Assembly (NCBI GenBank): GCA_030266245.1 | Contig: JAJDHP010000004.1 | Span: forward strand, 994 to 64,993 | Length of the DNA stretch: 64,000 bases | Source of the DNA: Methanimicrococcus sp. OttesenSCG-928-J09 | Lineage (GTDB): Archaea > Halobacteriota > Methanosarcinia > Methanosarcinales > Methanosarcinaceae | Direction: 5' to 3' | Notes under the pieces: generated by a model | What the model was told of the DNA's origin: nothing | The model's input: the letters and a program-made list of their open reading frames with translations, nothing else | The model's database searches: none | Part shown: piece after piece, positions 50,177 to 60,022 of the stretch | Numbering within the stretch: position 1 is the first letter of the stretch | Layout: every line of letters begins with the position of its first letter | Program-made: the position numbers and the translations under genes

Positions 50177-51712
50177 TTAAACCTGAACCTGTTTTAAGTC
50201 CTTAACATCCAAGTTCTTTTCAACAAGTTTCCAGTCAATTCCCATTGCAGCCGCGACACCCATTCCGTAAGCAGGATCCGCTCTGTAACAGTTGACCGCG
50301 TGTCTGACTTTGGCAAGCAGCTCAGCGCCTTCAATATTTCTGGCGGTGTTTTCAAAGAGAAGCTTTTGCTTATCAGGCGTCAGCAAACGGAACAGTTTGC
50401 CGGGCTGAGTGTAGTAATCGTCATCATCCTCGCGGAAATTCCAGTGGTCAGCCGCGCCGGTCCAGTCCAGTGCCGGTTCCTTAAATTCAGGCTGTTCCTC
50501 CCACTCGCCGTAGCTGTTGGGCTCATAGCCGAGTGTGCTGCCGAAGTTGCCGTCAACACGCATTTGACCATCTCTGTGGTAACTGTGATGGCCGAAACGA
50601 GGACGGTTGACCGGAATCTGGAAGTGGTTGACGCCAAGTCTGTAACGCTGAGCATCGCCGTATGAGAACAAACGGCCCTGAAGCATTTTATCCGGTGACA
50701 AACCGATTCCCGGAACAACATGCGCCGGATTGAAAGCGGCCTGTTCGACATCGGCGAAATAGTTGTCAGGGTTTTTGTTCAACTCAAACTCACCGACTTC
50801 AATCAGCGGATACTCGCTGTGGTACCAAACTTTAGTCAAGTCAAACGGATTGTACGGCATATTTTTCGCCTGCTCATCCGTCATCACCTGAATAAACATT
50901 TTCCAGCGCGGGAAGTTTCCTTTTTCAATACTTTCATACAAATCGCGCTGATGGCTTTCACGATCCATACCGACAAGCTTAGCCGCTTCTTCGTCAGACA
51001 GATTTTCAATGCCTTGCTGAGTGACAAAGTGGAATTTCACCCAAACGCGTTCATTTTTCGCATTCAGCATGCTGTAAGCGTGACTGGAGAAACCGTGCAT
51101 ATGACGGTAAGATTTTGAAATACCGCGATCACTCATTGTAATCGTAATCTGGTGCAATGCTTCCGGCAGAAGCGTCCACCAGTCCCAATTGTTTTTCGGG
51201 CTTCTGAGATTGGTTCTCGGATCACGCTTGACAACGTGATTTAAGTCCGGAAATTTCAAAGGGTCGCGAATGAAGAAAACGGGGGTATTATTACCAACAA
51301 GATCCCAGTTTCCGTCCTCCGTATAAAATTTCATGGCAAAGCCGCGGATATCACGCTCAGCGTCAGCTGCGCCGCGTTCACCCGCAACGGTTGAAAAGCG
51401 GACAAACATTTCCGTCTTTTTGCCGATTTCGGAAAAGATTTTGGCTTTTGTATATTTTGAAATATCGTGCGTCACGGTAAATGTACCGAATGCGCCGGAA
51501 CCCTTAGCGTGCATGCGTCTTTCCGGAATTACTTCGCGGTCAAAGTGTGCCAGCTTTTCAAGGTACCAAACATCCTGTAAAAGAACCGGGCCGCGCGGTC
51601 CTGCGGTCATAATATTATTATTGTCAGCAACAGGAGCGCCGTTAATTGAAGTTAATTTTTGAGATTCTGATTTTTGATTTGCATTTTTCGTATTTTGGTT
51701 TTTCATATCCAT
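50177..51712 (-). CDS. katE: monofunctional small-subunit heme catalase
   Basis: [17 protein letters not shown] and [14 protein letters not shown] signatures. Confidence 0.96.
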   Translation of the reverse strand: MDMKNQNTKNANQKSESQKLTSINGAPVADNNNIMTAGPRGPVLLQDVWYLEKLAHFDREVIPERRMHAKGSGAFGTFTVTHDISKYTKAKIFSEIGKKTEMFVRFSTVAGERGAADAERDIRGFAMKFYTEDGNWDLVGNNTPVFFIRDPLKFPDLNHVVKRDPRTNLRSPKNNWDWWTLLPEALHQITITMSDRGISKSYRHMHGFSSHAYSMLNAKNERVWVKFHFVTQQGIENLSDEEAAKLVGMDRESHQRDLYESIEKGNFPRWKMFIQVMTDEQAKNMPYNPFDLTKVWYHSEYPLIEVGEFELNKNPDNYFADVEQAAFNPAHVVPGIGLSPDKMLQGRLFSYGDAQRYRLGVNHFQIPVNRPRFGHHSYHRDGQMRVDGNFGSTLGYEPNSYGEWEEQPEFKEPALDWTGAADHWNFREDDDDYYTQPGKLFRLLTPDKQKLLFENTARNIEGAELLAKVRHAVNCYRADPAYGMGVAAAMGIDWKLVEKNLDVKDLKQVQV

Positions 51713-52053
51713 GAAAAATCACCTCAATCGGATTTTGAATCCGACATGTAGTTTGTATAATGTGTTGCAAGTATAAATATATTCTCAAAATATATTAGTA
51801 GTTTATAAAAATTTACAAAAAATATAATAAATTTTTGAAAATAAAATAATTGGGTTCCCTATTTAGTCTTAACTGAAGTGAAATATTTGATCGAAAATTA
51901 AGCCAAATCAACCAACTAACCAAACTAACTAACAAACTAACCAAACTAAATCAAACAAAAACAAGATTAAACTAAAACAAAATCAAAAAGAATAAAAAGA
52001 AAACATCCCTATTTGAGAGCAAAAAGGCGATTTTAAATCAAAAAGGCGATTCG

Positions 52054-52680
52054 ATGGGTCAATATAAGAAATCAAATGATATTAAGCCGCAAACTGTTTC
52101 GGTTCCCGGAACTGCTATCGGAAATAAAGCCGGAAACGGGATCGGGATCGGAAGCAGTGATCCGAAAGATGTTCGCCTTTACCTTTATTACGCTCATCAA
52201 TGCGATCCGAGAAAATGCAGCGGCAAAAGACTTGTTAAATTCGATTTGGCTCGTCAATATGAAAACATCGGCGAAACCCCGCGCGGTGCAATTTTAATGG
52301 ATCCGACCGCCGAACAGGCGCTTTCCCGCGCCGACAGCCTGAAAAAAGGAATTATTGTCTTAGACTGCTCATGGGAACATTTTGAAGAAATGTTTCCGCT
52401 GCTTGATAAATTCAATTTGCAGCGCCGCGCGCTTCCTTATCTGCTGGCCGCCAATCCCGTTAATTTCGGCCGCCCGTTCCGGCTCAATTCTGCCGAGGCT
52501 TTTGCCGCCGCCCTTTATATAATGGGACGAAAAGAACAGGCCGAAAAACTGATGTCAAAATTCAATTGGGGTCATTCATTTTTTGAATTGAATGAAGAAC
52601 CGCTTAATGATTACGCAGCCGCCAAAAACAGCACGGAAGTTGTTGAGGCGCAAATGCAGTATATTGATTTTGATGATTAA
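52054..52680 (+). CDS. tsr3: 16S rRNA aminocarboxypropyltransferase (DUF367)
   Basis: [31 protein letters not shown]. Confidence 0.93.
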   Translation: MGQYKKSNDIKPQTVSVPGTAIGNKAGNGIGIGSSDPKDVRLYLYYAHQCDPRKCSGKRLVKFDLARQYENIGETPRGAILMDPTAEQALSRADSLKKGIIVLDCSWEHFEEMFPLLDKFNLQRRALPYLLAANPVNFGRPFRLNSAEAFAAALYIMGRKEQAEKLMSKFNWGHSFFELNEEPLNDYAAAKNSTEVVEAQMQYIDFDD

Positions 52681-52840
52681 GTTTGATAATAATTAAAAAC
52701 GACTTCCCTTTTCTGTAAAACTATGGGCATATCTTAAATAATTTCAAAACATATTTCGGGAGAGTTTGATACTATTTCATTTATTTCATATGGAAATTAA
52801 AAAACGAAAAGAATCAAAATCAGGAAAACTGTGATTTTTT

Positions 52841-53620
52841 ATGAAACCGTCCTCATTAACATTTGTGAAAACATATTCCGGCGAGAACATTGATTTTTTG
52901 TACAAAAAAATTACGGAAGACATCGTTCTTGACGGCAAAGATATCACATTCGGACACGCCGGCGAACCGAAGAAAGCGCGTGAAATTTTTGCGACCATCC
53001 AGCTTTACGGCAAAGCGATTGATGATGTCATCGCCGGAATTACGCCTGAGAATTTCAGATGGGCCGGCGACAAAATTACAGATTATCAGGACAGTTTCCT
53101 TGTGCCGCTCTGCGATGTCGGCAAGAAACAGGGTGATGACACTGATTTTGAATACACTTACATTGAGCTGATGCGCAAATTCAATACGATTGAAGGCGAC
53201 ATTGACCAAATGGAAGTGTCTAAGGAAAAATTAGCGGAAGGCTTGGAAACTAAAATCCAGTCCAATCAGAATGTCGGTGTCATTTATCACCCGATGTACT
53301 GGAATTCTCACAACCCGCCATGCTTTAACTGGTACCAAGTGCGTTTATTAGATGACAATCAGGTGTCTCTTCGCCTGCTGTTCCGCTCTAATGACTATGG
53401 CGACGCGGTCTGGGCTAACCTTTGCGGCATTGCCAAAGCGTTTAACGAACTTGTCATTAAACCGGCAGGATGCGAGCTTGTTGAAATCATTTTGACATCA
53501 ACATCGGCGCACATTTACGCCAACGAAGCGGATTTGGCGAAAAAGGTTTCCGGCTTCGATTGGGACAGAGACGAAAATGAAAAGAAATCGCCGATTTTAC
53601 GCCTCCTCGGTCACAAATAA
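52841..53620 (+). CDS. archaeal thymidylate synthase-like protein
   Basis: FEYTY, PPC, FRSND, AN, SAHIY motifs. Confidence 0.8.
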   Translation: MKPSSLTFVKTYSGENIDFLYKKITEDIVLDGKDITFGHAGEPKKAREIFATIQLYGKAIDDVIAGITPENFRWAGDKITDYQDSFLVPLCDVGKKQGDDTDFEYTYIELMRKFNTIEGDIDQMEVSKEKLAEGLETKIQSNQNVGVIYHPMYWNSHNPPCFNWYQVRLLDDNQVSLRLLFRSNDYGDAVWANLCGIAKAFNELVIKPAGCELVEIILTSTSAHIYANEADLAKKVSGFDWDRDENEKKSPILRLLGHK

Positions 53621-53751
53621 TGTATATGTATATCATCCGAATGTGTTTTGATATGTATTGCATTATAATTTTACGACTTAATTTTACTACTTTACATTGA
53701 TTGATTTATTACATTTATTACATTGATTGATTTAATTGAGGAATATTCAAA

Positions 53752-54513
53752 ATGTCTGAAAAATACGGTAAAGTTTATTTGGCCGGCTCGGGTCCCGGAG
53801 ATCCGGATTTACTGACAGTAAAAGTCCGCCGCCTGATTGATGAAGCGGATGTCGTCATTTACGACCAGCTTCCTGGAGAAGCGATTTTAAGCTTAATCCC
53901 CGAAAAAACAGAGAAAATCGATGCCGGCAAATATGCCGGAAATCACACGCTGACACAGGATAAAATCAATGAAGCCATCATTGAAAAAGCCAAAGAAGGC
54001 AAAACCGTTCTTCGATTAAAAGGCGGCGACCCGTATGTTTTCGGTCGCGGCGGTGAAGAAGCGGAAGAACTGGTAAAAGAAGGAATTTCCTTTGAAGTCG
54101 TTCCGGGAATCACATCCGCTGTTGCCGCGCCCGCTTACGCCGGCATTCCGATTACGCACCGCGACAGCAACTCAATGGTGACATTCATTACCGGTCACGA
54201 AGATCCGACCAAAGAAGAAACCGGACTCGACTGGGAACTTTTGGCGAAATTCGATGGCACGCTTGTCATTTTCATGGGCGTTAAAATGCTGGAACGCAAC
54301 TGCGGCGAGCTTCTTAAACACGGAATGAATCCGAATACGCCTGTCGCGCTCATTGAAAAAGGCACCCGCCCCGATCAGCGCGTCACTATCGGAAAGCTTG
54401 AAAATATCGCGGCATTGGCTGTTGAAAGAAATGTAAAAGCGCCGGCGATAACCGTCATCGGAAATGTTGTCAATCTCCATGATATTTTGGGCGAGCAGCA
54501 TACCGATTATTAA
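53752..54513 (+). CDS. cobA: uroporphyrinogen-III C-methyltransferase
   Basis: GSGPGDPDLLT, RLKGGDPYVFGRGGEE, VPGITS. Confidence 0.96.
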   Translation: MSEKYGKVYLAGSGPGDPDLLTVKVRRLIDEADVVIYDQLPGEAILSLIPEKTEKIDAGKYAGNHTLTQDKINEAIIEKAKEGKTVLRLKGGDPYVFGRGGEEAEELVKEGISFEVVPGITSAVAAPAYAGIPITHRDSNSMVTFITGHEDPTKEETGLDWELLAKFDGTLVIFMGVKMLERNCGELLKHGMNPNTPVALIEKGTRPDQRVTIGKLENIAALAVERNVKAPAITVIGNVVNLHDILGEQHTDY

Positions 54514-54583
54514 AAGATAATATTAAACATAATATTGATAATAAAATAAAGCACAAAACGGACACAATTAATCAGAAGGAGAG

Positions 54584-55384
54584 ATGTTTATGGATAAAAG
54601 ACCCGTTCTTGCAATCATGCGTCCCGAGACTTATACGGACGATTCCGAAGAAACTGCAAAAGCCGCAGGATTTCAGCCGTTTTCCGTTCCGGTCGTTACT
54701 TTAAGAGGAATGAAAGACGATGCTTTTGACGGTTTCGTAAAACGTGTTCTCTCTCAAAAAACAGATCTTGTGATTTTTACAAGCGCCAACGGTATCGAAT
54801 ACACGCTGAAAAATTTAGGCGGCGGCGCGGAAGCAGAAAAAAAATTTTTAGAAGCACTTCGAAAAATCAAAATCGTTGCCATCGGTCCGACGACAAAAAA
54901 GAAATTAGAAAGCTATGACCTTTCAAGTGCGCTGATGCCCGGCGAATACAGCTCGACCGGTCTTGTCAATGATTTAGGAAAAGAAGCCGCCGGAAAAACG
55001 ATCGACATTCCAAGAAGCTTTTACGGCTCCGAAGTTTTGGTCAAAGGATTGGAAGACGCCGGCGCAACCGTTCATCAAACGCATGTCTACACATTGGACA
55101 TTCCCGAAGGCGAACTTCAGGAAGAATTAATTGAAAAGACAATCAACGGCGAGATTGACGCTTTTGCTTTTACCAGTACGATGATGGTAAAAAACTTCAT
55201 GGTGCTGGCCGATAAGATCAGTGAAAAGGAAGAAATTATCGCCAAATTAAATGAAGCAGTTGTCGGTGCAATCGGTGATCCGACAGCCCAAACTGTTGAA
55301 AGTTTCGGCGTCAAAGTTGATGTCGTTCCGAATGAATTTACATTTGAGGCATTGGTTGCGGTTATTAAAGAGAAAATGAAATGA
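54584..55384 (+). CDS. hemD: uroporphyrinogen-III synthase
   Basis: IFTSANG, AIGPTT, FTS, AIGDPTA; follows cobA. Confidence 0.92.
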   Translation: MFMDKRPVLAIMRPETYTDDSEETAKAAGFQPFSVPVVTLRGMKDDAFDGFVKRVLSQKTDLVIFTSANGIEYTLKNLGGGAEAEKKFLEALRKIKIVAIGPTTKKKLESYDLSSALMPGEYSSTGLVNDLGKEAAGKTIDIPRSFYGSEVLVKGLEDAGATVHQTHVYTLDIPEGELQEELIEKTINGEIDAFAFTSTMMVKNFMVLADKISEKEEIIAKLNEAVVGAIGDPTAQTVESFGVKVDVVPNEFTFEALVAVIKEKMK

Positions 55385-55527
55385 TTTGATTTTTGTTTTC
55401 TTTTTTATTTTCTGTAAATGTTTTCTAAATTCTCATTGCCTGTCCATCATTTGTTTTCACAAAATTGATGTTATAATCTCTTTTTAATCTGTGATAACAC
55501 ATTATCCACTTTTTGGATTTGGCAAGC

Positions 55528-56784
55528 TCAGATCAAACTCGTTCCTGCCGGCGGATCTCTTCTGCCGAACAATCTGACGATGACAACGCTGATTTCGTAG
55601 AAGAAAATCATCGGAATCGCGACGATAATCTGGCTGACAATATCCGGCGGCGTGATGACGGCGGCAAGGATGAAAAACAGAACATAAGCGTGCTTCCTGT
55701 ATTTGGTAAGCATTCTTTTTTGAACGAGCCCGACACGGTTTAATATGAAAATCACCAGCGGGAACTCAAAGATGAAACCGAATATTAATGTCAGCATAGC
55801 GATGAAGCTGACGAATTCGTAAATTGAATAAGTGGCTTGGGCGCCTGAGGCGGCTGCGCTGAGATAGAGGAACTGAATGAAGAGCGGCGCCATAAAGAAG
55901 TAGGAATATATCGCGCCGAGTATGAATGAAATAAACATGATGATAACGATTAGAATCAGCCATTTTGCTTTAAACGGCAGTTTCTCTTTGAGATTTAATT
56001 TTCTCGTATCAACGTATTTCGTCACTTCTTTGCCGCCCAAATAGAACAGGAACGGCAGAACGGCGATGATTGCGATAATGATAGACATTTTCAGCTTTAA
56101 CAGCGGCACTTCCAGCGGTTTTGTATAAACGACAATCGGATTACCGGAATCGCTTTTTTCATCTTTTTCCATGTACGCGTTCGTAAATTTCGGCTGACGT
56201 CCGGTGATGTTTTCAAATTCATTTCCGATTTTGGAAATGGTGTTTGTTTCCGTTATTCCTTTTTCATACGGAATTGATTGGAAAAGAATGACTTCGGTTG
56301 AATCTTCAAGGTCTTCAAATGTCAGTTTTTCAGTTCCGCCCTGCATGACCGCATTTAAAACGGCGCTGAGATTCAGGTCGCTTTCACCGAGAATGTAAAG
56401 AGAAAGAATATCAAAAGCGGATTGCTTTTCTGTATTTGCAATAATCACATCCTGAATGACATCGTTTGCTTCAGATACGTTCACAGCAGGTGTATATATC
56501 AATATTTTTTTATCCGGGTCTTCAAGTAAAGTGTCGATATCTAAATTTTCAATTAAGAACGGTCCGTCAAAAAAGACAAGTTGCTGATCAAAATTATCGG
56601 TAATGCCGGGATTTTTTATATTATGCGGTAAGCTACGCTCAATTGAATCGCTTATGATGTAATCCGTCACCGGATAAGCAATGACGGCAACGATTAAAAA
56701 GACGGCAAAAAGGATGAATAGTTTCTTTTTAATGGATTCCAGGAATTTTAAAAAGATTTTAATTCCTTCTGATAGCTCAACGAT
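55528..56784 (-). CDS. tatC: twin-arginine translocase TatC with large inserted loop; probable non-canonical ATC start
   Basis: FEFPL, RKHAY, AAVITPPD, FYEISV. The frame stays open upstream of GTG 56670 and encodes TM1 (LESIKKKLFILFAVFLIVAV). Confidence 0.8.
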   Translation of the reverse strand: MVELSEGIKIFLKFLESIKKKLFILFAVFLIVAVIAYPVTDYIISDSIERSLPHNIKNPGITDNFDQQLVFFDGPFLIENLDIDTLLEDPDKKILIYTPAVNVSEANDVIQDVIIANTEKQSAFDILSLYILGESDLNLSAVLNAVMQGGTEKLTFEDLEDSTEVILFQSIPYEKGITETNTISKIGNEFENITGRQPKFTNAYMEKDEKSDSGNPIVVYTKPLEVPLLKLKMSIIIAIIAVLPFLFYLGGKEVTKYVDTRKLNLKEKLPFKAKWLILIVIIMFISFILGAIYSYFFMAPLFIQFLYLSAAASGAQATYSIYEFVSFIAMLTLIFGFIFEFPLVIFILNRVGLVQKRMLTKYRKHAYVLFFILAAVITPPDIVSQIIVAIPMIFFYEISVVIVRLFGRRDPPAGTSLI

Positions 56785-57096
56785 AATATCACAATCCCAT
56801 TCTTGTTTTTGTTTATGTGTTTGTAATTGTGTGTTAGGTAATATTTTTAGTAATATTTGTAGTAGTATTTGATTTGTAGTAGTATTTGTAATTGTTAATG
56901 ATGGTTTTTACCATATCATTCGAACTTTTAAATCTTACCCGTGAGTTGAACAGTGCTTTCAATAAAAATCTTGTTCTTTTTTTGAAAAAAATCCAAGTTT
57001 TATCAGCTTTAATGGTTACGTTTAAATCTTACCGTGTTTTTATTAACCAAAATTACAAACATTTTTCAAATTCAGAAAGGTTCGGGTTGAAGATTT

Positions 57097-58011
57097 ATGG
57101 TGTCGGAAGCAAATGAGGAAAATCAAAACAGTTCTCAGCTCACAGCTGATGCTGCTTCATCTGATGCTGCTTCATCTGATGCAGTGCTATCTGCTGATAC
57201 TGTGGCATCTGCGGTCGCTGCTTCGGCTGCGCCACCTGATTCTTCTTCACCTAAACCGGCGCCTGCTGAGATTCTGTCGCCTCAAACGGAGTTCGGTAAG
57301 AAGCGTCCTGAAGGCGACTTTGATGAGCATGTTGTCGGTCACTTAAAAGAGCTGCGTAACCGCTTAATTGTTGCGGGTGCGGCTTTGCTGCTCGGCGCGC
57401 TCATTTTCTATCCGTTCTCGGGCGAGGCGGTCGCTTATCTGTGGGATCAGTTTATTCCTGACAGTGTTATTATGTCGATTTATTCGCCGACGGAATATTT
57501 AATGACACGCTTAAAGCTCTCGATTGCGGCGGCCATTTGTATTTTCTTCCCGCTTTTGATGTACGAGCTTTTTAAATTCATGTCGCGCGGACTTTATCAG
57601 AATGAGCGGAAGTTTTTAATTAAAGTTGTTCCGCTGTCTTTCATTTTATTTTTGATGGGTGCGGCGCTGGCTTACTTTATTGTTCTGCCGCTGTTTCTGA
57701 ATTTTGTTCTTTTCTATTCCGATCAGTCGGCGGTTGCTCAAATCGGTCTCGGTGAAACGTTTAATACGATTATTTCACTCGTTTTGGGATTCGGTTTGGT
57801 TTTCCAAATTCCGCTGCTTATGGTTTCTGTTGTAAGAATGGGAATTGTTGAAGAAAAAACGCTTAGAAAAGGACGATTGGTTGTTTACGGCAGCTTAATC
57901 GGTTTCGCTTTTTTAATTGCGCCTGACCCGACAATGGTTTCACAGTTGGTGGCAGGAGTTGCGCTTGTTATTCTTTTTGAATTCAGCCTGATTATGCTGA
58001 AATTTGTTTGA
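57097..58011 (+). CDS. tatC: twin-arginine translocase TatC
   Basis: HLKELRNRL, SPTE, GLYQNER, FQIPL, PDP. Confidence 0.93.
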   Translation: MVSEANEENQNSSQLTADAASSDAASSDAVLSADTVASAVAASAAPPDSSSPKPAPAEILSPQTEFGKKRPEGDFDEHVVGHLKELRNRLIVAGAALLLGALIFYPFSGEAVAYLWDQFIPDSVIMSIYSPTEYLMTRLKLSIAAAICIFFPLLMYELFKFMSRGLYQNERKFLIKVVPLSFILFLMGAALAYFIVLPLFLNFVLFYSDQSAVAQIGLGETFNTIISLVLGFGLVFQIPLLMVSVVRMGIVEEKTLRKGRLVVYGSLIGFAFLIAPDPTMVSQLVAGVALVILFEFSLIMLKFV

Positions 58012-58259
58012 CAGCAGCTGCTTACAATTTCTTATTTTGTTGCTTACACAATTATTTTCACTGATTTACATTGTTACTTACACTGTTGTTGTTACTTATT
58101 GCTGCTCTGTTGTGCTCGCTCTGTTGCTCACTCCGCTGCTCACTCTGCTGCTCATGCCTGTATTTTGCAATATTTGTTTAGCAATCACTTTATCTTAAAT
58201 ATTAAATAATGACAGACAATGCAAATGTTTATAAATATGAATTTGAATGTAAACTTACT

Positions 58260-58679
58260 ATGATTGGCGGACTCGGATTTGGCGAAGTTGTTTTCGTTTT
58301 AGTCATTATTTTGGTCTTGTTTGGTCCGAATAAAATTCCGGAACTGGCGCGCGCGGTCGGCGGCGCTTTGGGGGAATTTAAAACGGCTCAAAAGGCGGCT
58401 GAATTTGATCTCAGCGGATTTGATGAGTTAAATCGTCAGAACGCTGAAAAGAAAAAGCAAGAGGCAGCCGCTTTAAACGAAAAGATCATTAAGATGGCGG
58501 AAGACGCAGGCATCTCGGCGGAAGGAAAAACGACTGATGAGCTGCTTGTCTTAATTGCCGCTAAAATGAACGAAGCCGACAGTGAAAATTCTAAAACGGA
58601 TGAAACCGACAACGGAATCTCTGAATCTGAACTGAATGAAACTGCTCCGGCTGAAGAAACGGCAAAAGCAGAAGCCTAA
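58260..58679 (+). CDS. tatA: twin-arginine translocase TatA/B
   Basis: GFGE...LFGPNKIPELARAVG..LGEFK. Confidence 0.9.
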   Translation: MIGGLGFGEVVFVLVIILVLFGPNKIPELARAVGGALGEFKTAQKAAEFDLSGFDELNRQNAEKKKQEAAALNEKIIKMAEDAGISAEGKTTDELLVLIAAKMNEADSENSKTDETDNGISESELNETAPAEETAKAEA

Positions 58680-58836
58680 CCGATTTCATAAGCAATAAAT
58701 TTATATGATTATTATTCATTGACAAAATAACATTAATTAAAAATACGAATTTAAATATGACTTTCATTCGCTCGGGTGCTTTTTAAAAAACGTCCGAACT
58801 AAAACGTCAAACTGAGGTATAAAAGAGGTATTCAAC

Positions 58837-59145
58837 ATGATTGGTGGAATCGGAACTACGGAAATTATTCTTATCGTTGCAATTATTGTCTTGCTTTTCG
58901 GAGCATCCAAACTTCCGGAACTTGCCCGCTCTGCCGGCAAATCCGCAGGCGAATTCAAGAAAGCGCAAAAAGAAGCTGAAATTTCTTACCAGGAATTTGA
59001 AAAAAGCTTAATGGACACAACACCCGAAGTTAAAGAGTCCAAAATTCAAAAAATGGCCAAAGAACAGGGTATTGAAACCGCCGGCAAAACCGACGACCAG
59101 CTTTTGGACGAAATAAGCACAAAAATGAACAGCAAAGACAACTGA
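58837..59145 (+). CDS. tatA: twin-arginine translocase TatA
   Basis: GTTE...LFGASKLPELARSAG..GEFKK. Confidence 0.92.
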   Translation: MIGGIGTTEIILIVAIIVLLFGASKLPELARSAGKSAGEFKKAQKEAEISYQEFEKSLMDTTPEVKESKIQKMAKEQGIETAGKTDDQLLDEISTKMNSKDN

Positions 59146-59543
59146 TCTTTCTGTTTTTTTATTCTTTTACATTCTTTTTTTCTATTCATTCCTTTTCTGT
59201 TCTTTTCATTCCTTTTCTGTTCTTTTCATTCCTTTTCTTTTCTATTCATTCTTTTTCTGTTCTTTTCTTTTTATTATAGTTTCTATTCCTATTTTTTTAA
59301 GGCTACTGTTGATTTTTTAAGCTTCTGCTTCTATTACTGCACATTTTACCCTTTTTGTTTCTCATTTTTTTATCAAAACCGAAACATCGTTTTTCATCAA
59401 TTTGATAAAAAAGAAACGCCCTCTTTTCTTTTTTTAATGATTTGAAAAGCGGCGTTTGGTTTTATTCAATTTTTATTAAAGGGATGTTTCGTTTTTTTCA
59501 AGATTTTCTTAAGAATTTTAACTTTTTTTCTTAAGAATTGAAG

Positions 59544-59794
59544 CCCCCCTCCAAACTTTCGTATTCTGTGAACGAAGTGAGCAGAATCGAAATTTGGAGA
59601 GGTTATTAAATAATCATAATGAAATTAAAATCAGAATAACAAGTGGTGGCAGCTAAGTAAGTAACAAAAGTTCTAATTATAAATGGTAACAAGAGCTTTT
59701 GGTTTCCTTTCATTTTTATTATTTAGGAAACCTCTCAAATTTTGCATTCGTCTGCCGCTGCGCGTCAGGCGAATCACAAAATTTGAGTGGGGTT
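59544..59794. repeat. inverted pair of REP-like hairpins
   Basis: CCCCCTCCAAAC...TTTGGAGAGG (59544-59604) and CCTCTCAAATTTTG...CAAAATTTGAGTGGGG (59728-59794) are each palindromic and resemble each other in opposite orientation. Confidence 0.65.
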
Positions 59795-60022
59795 CGCCGT
59801 TATTGATTAAAAATTAACATCGGTTTTTATTAAATCACTCAAACACGAATTCCGCTTTTACTTAAATTTCAAAAAGGAAAGACGGAATTCGGTTTTGAGC
59901 AAATTTATGAAAACGATGTTATTTTTTTGATTTTTTGATAAATCCGTTTTTTTTACAATTCGATTTTACTTATTTAAAAAAACGGCATATTTTTATGGAT
60001 GAGTGTTTGTATTCTTTTTACT

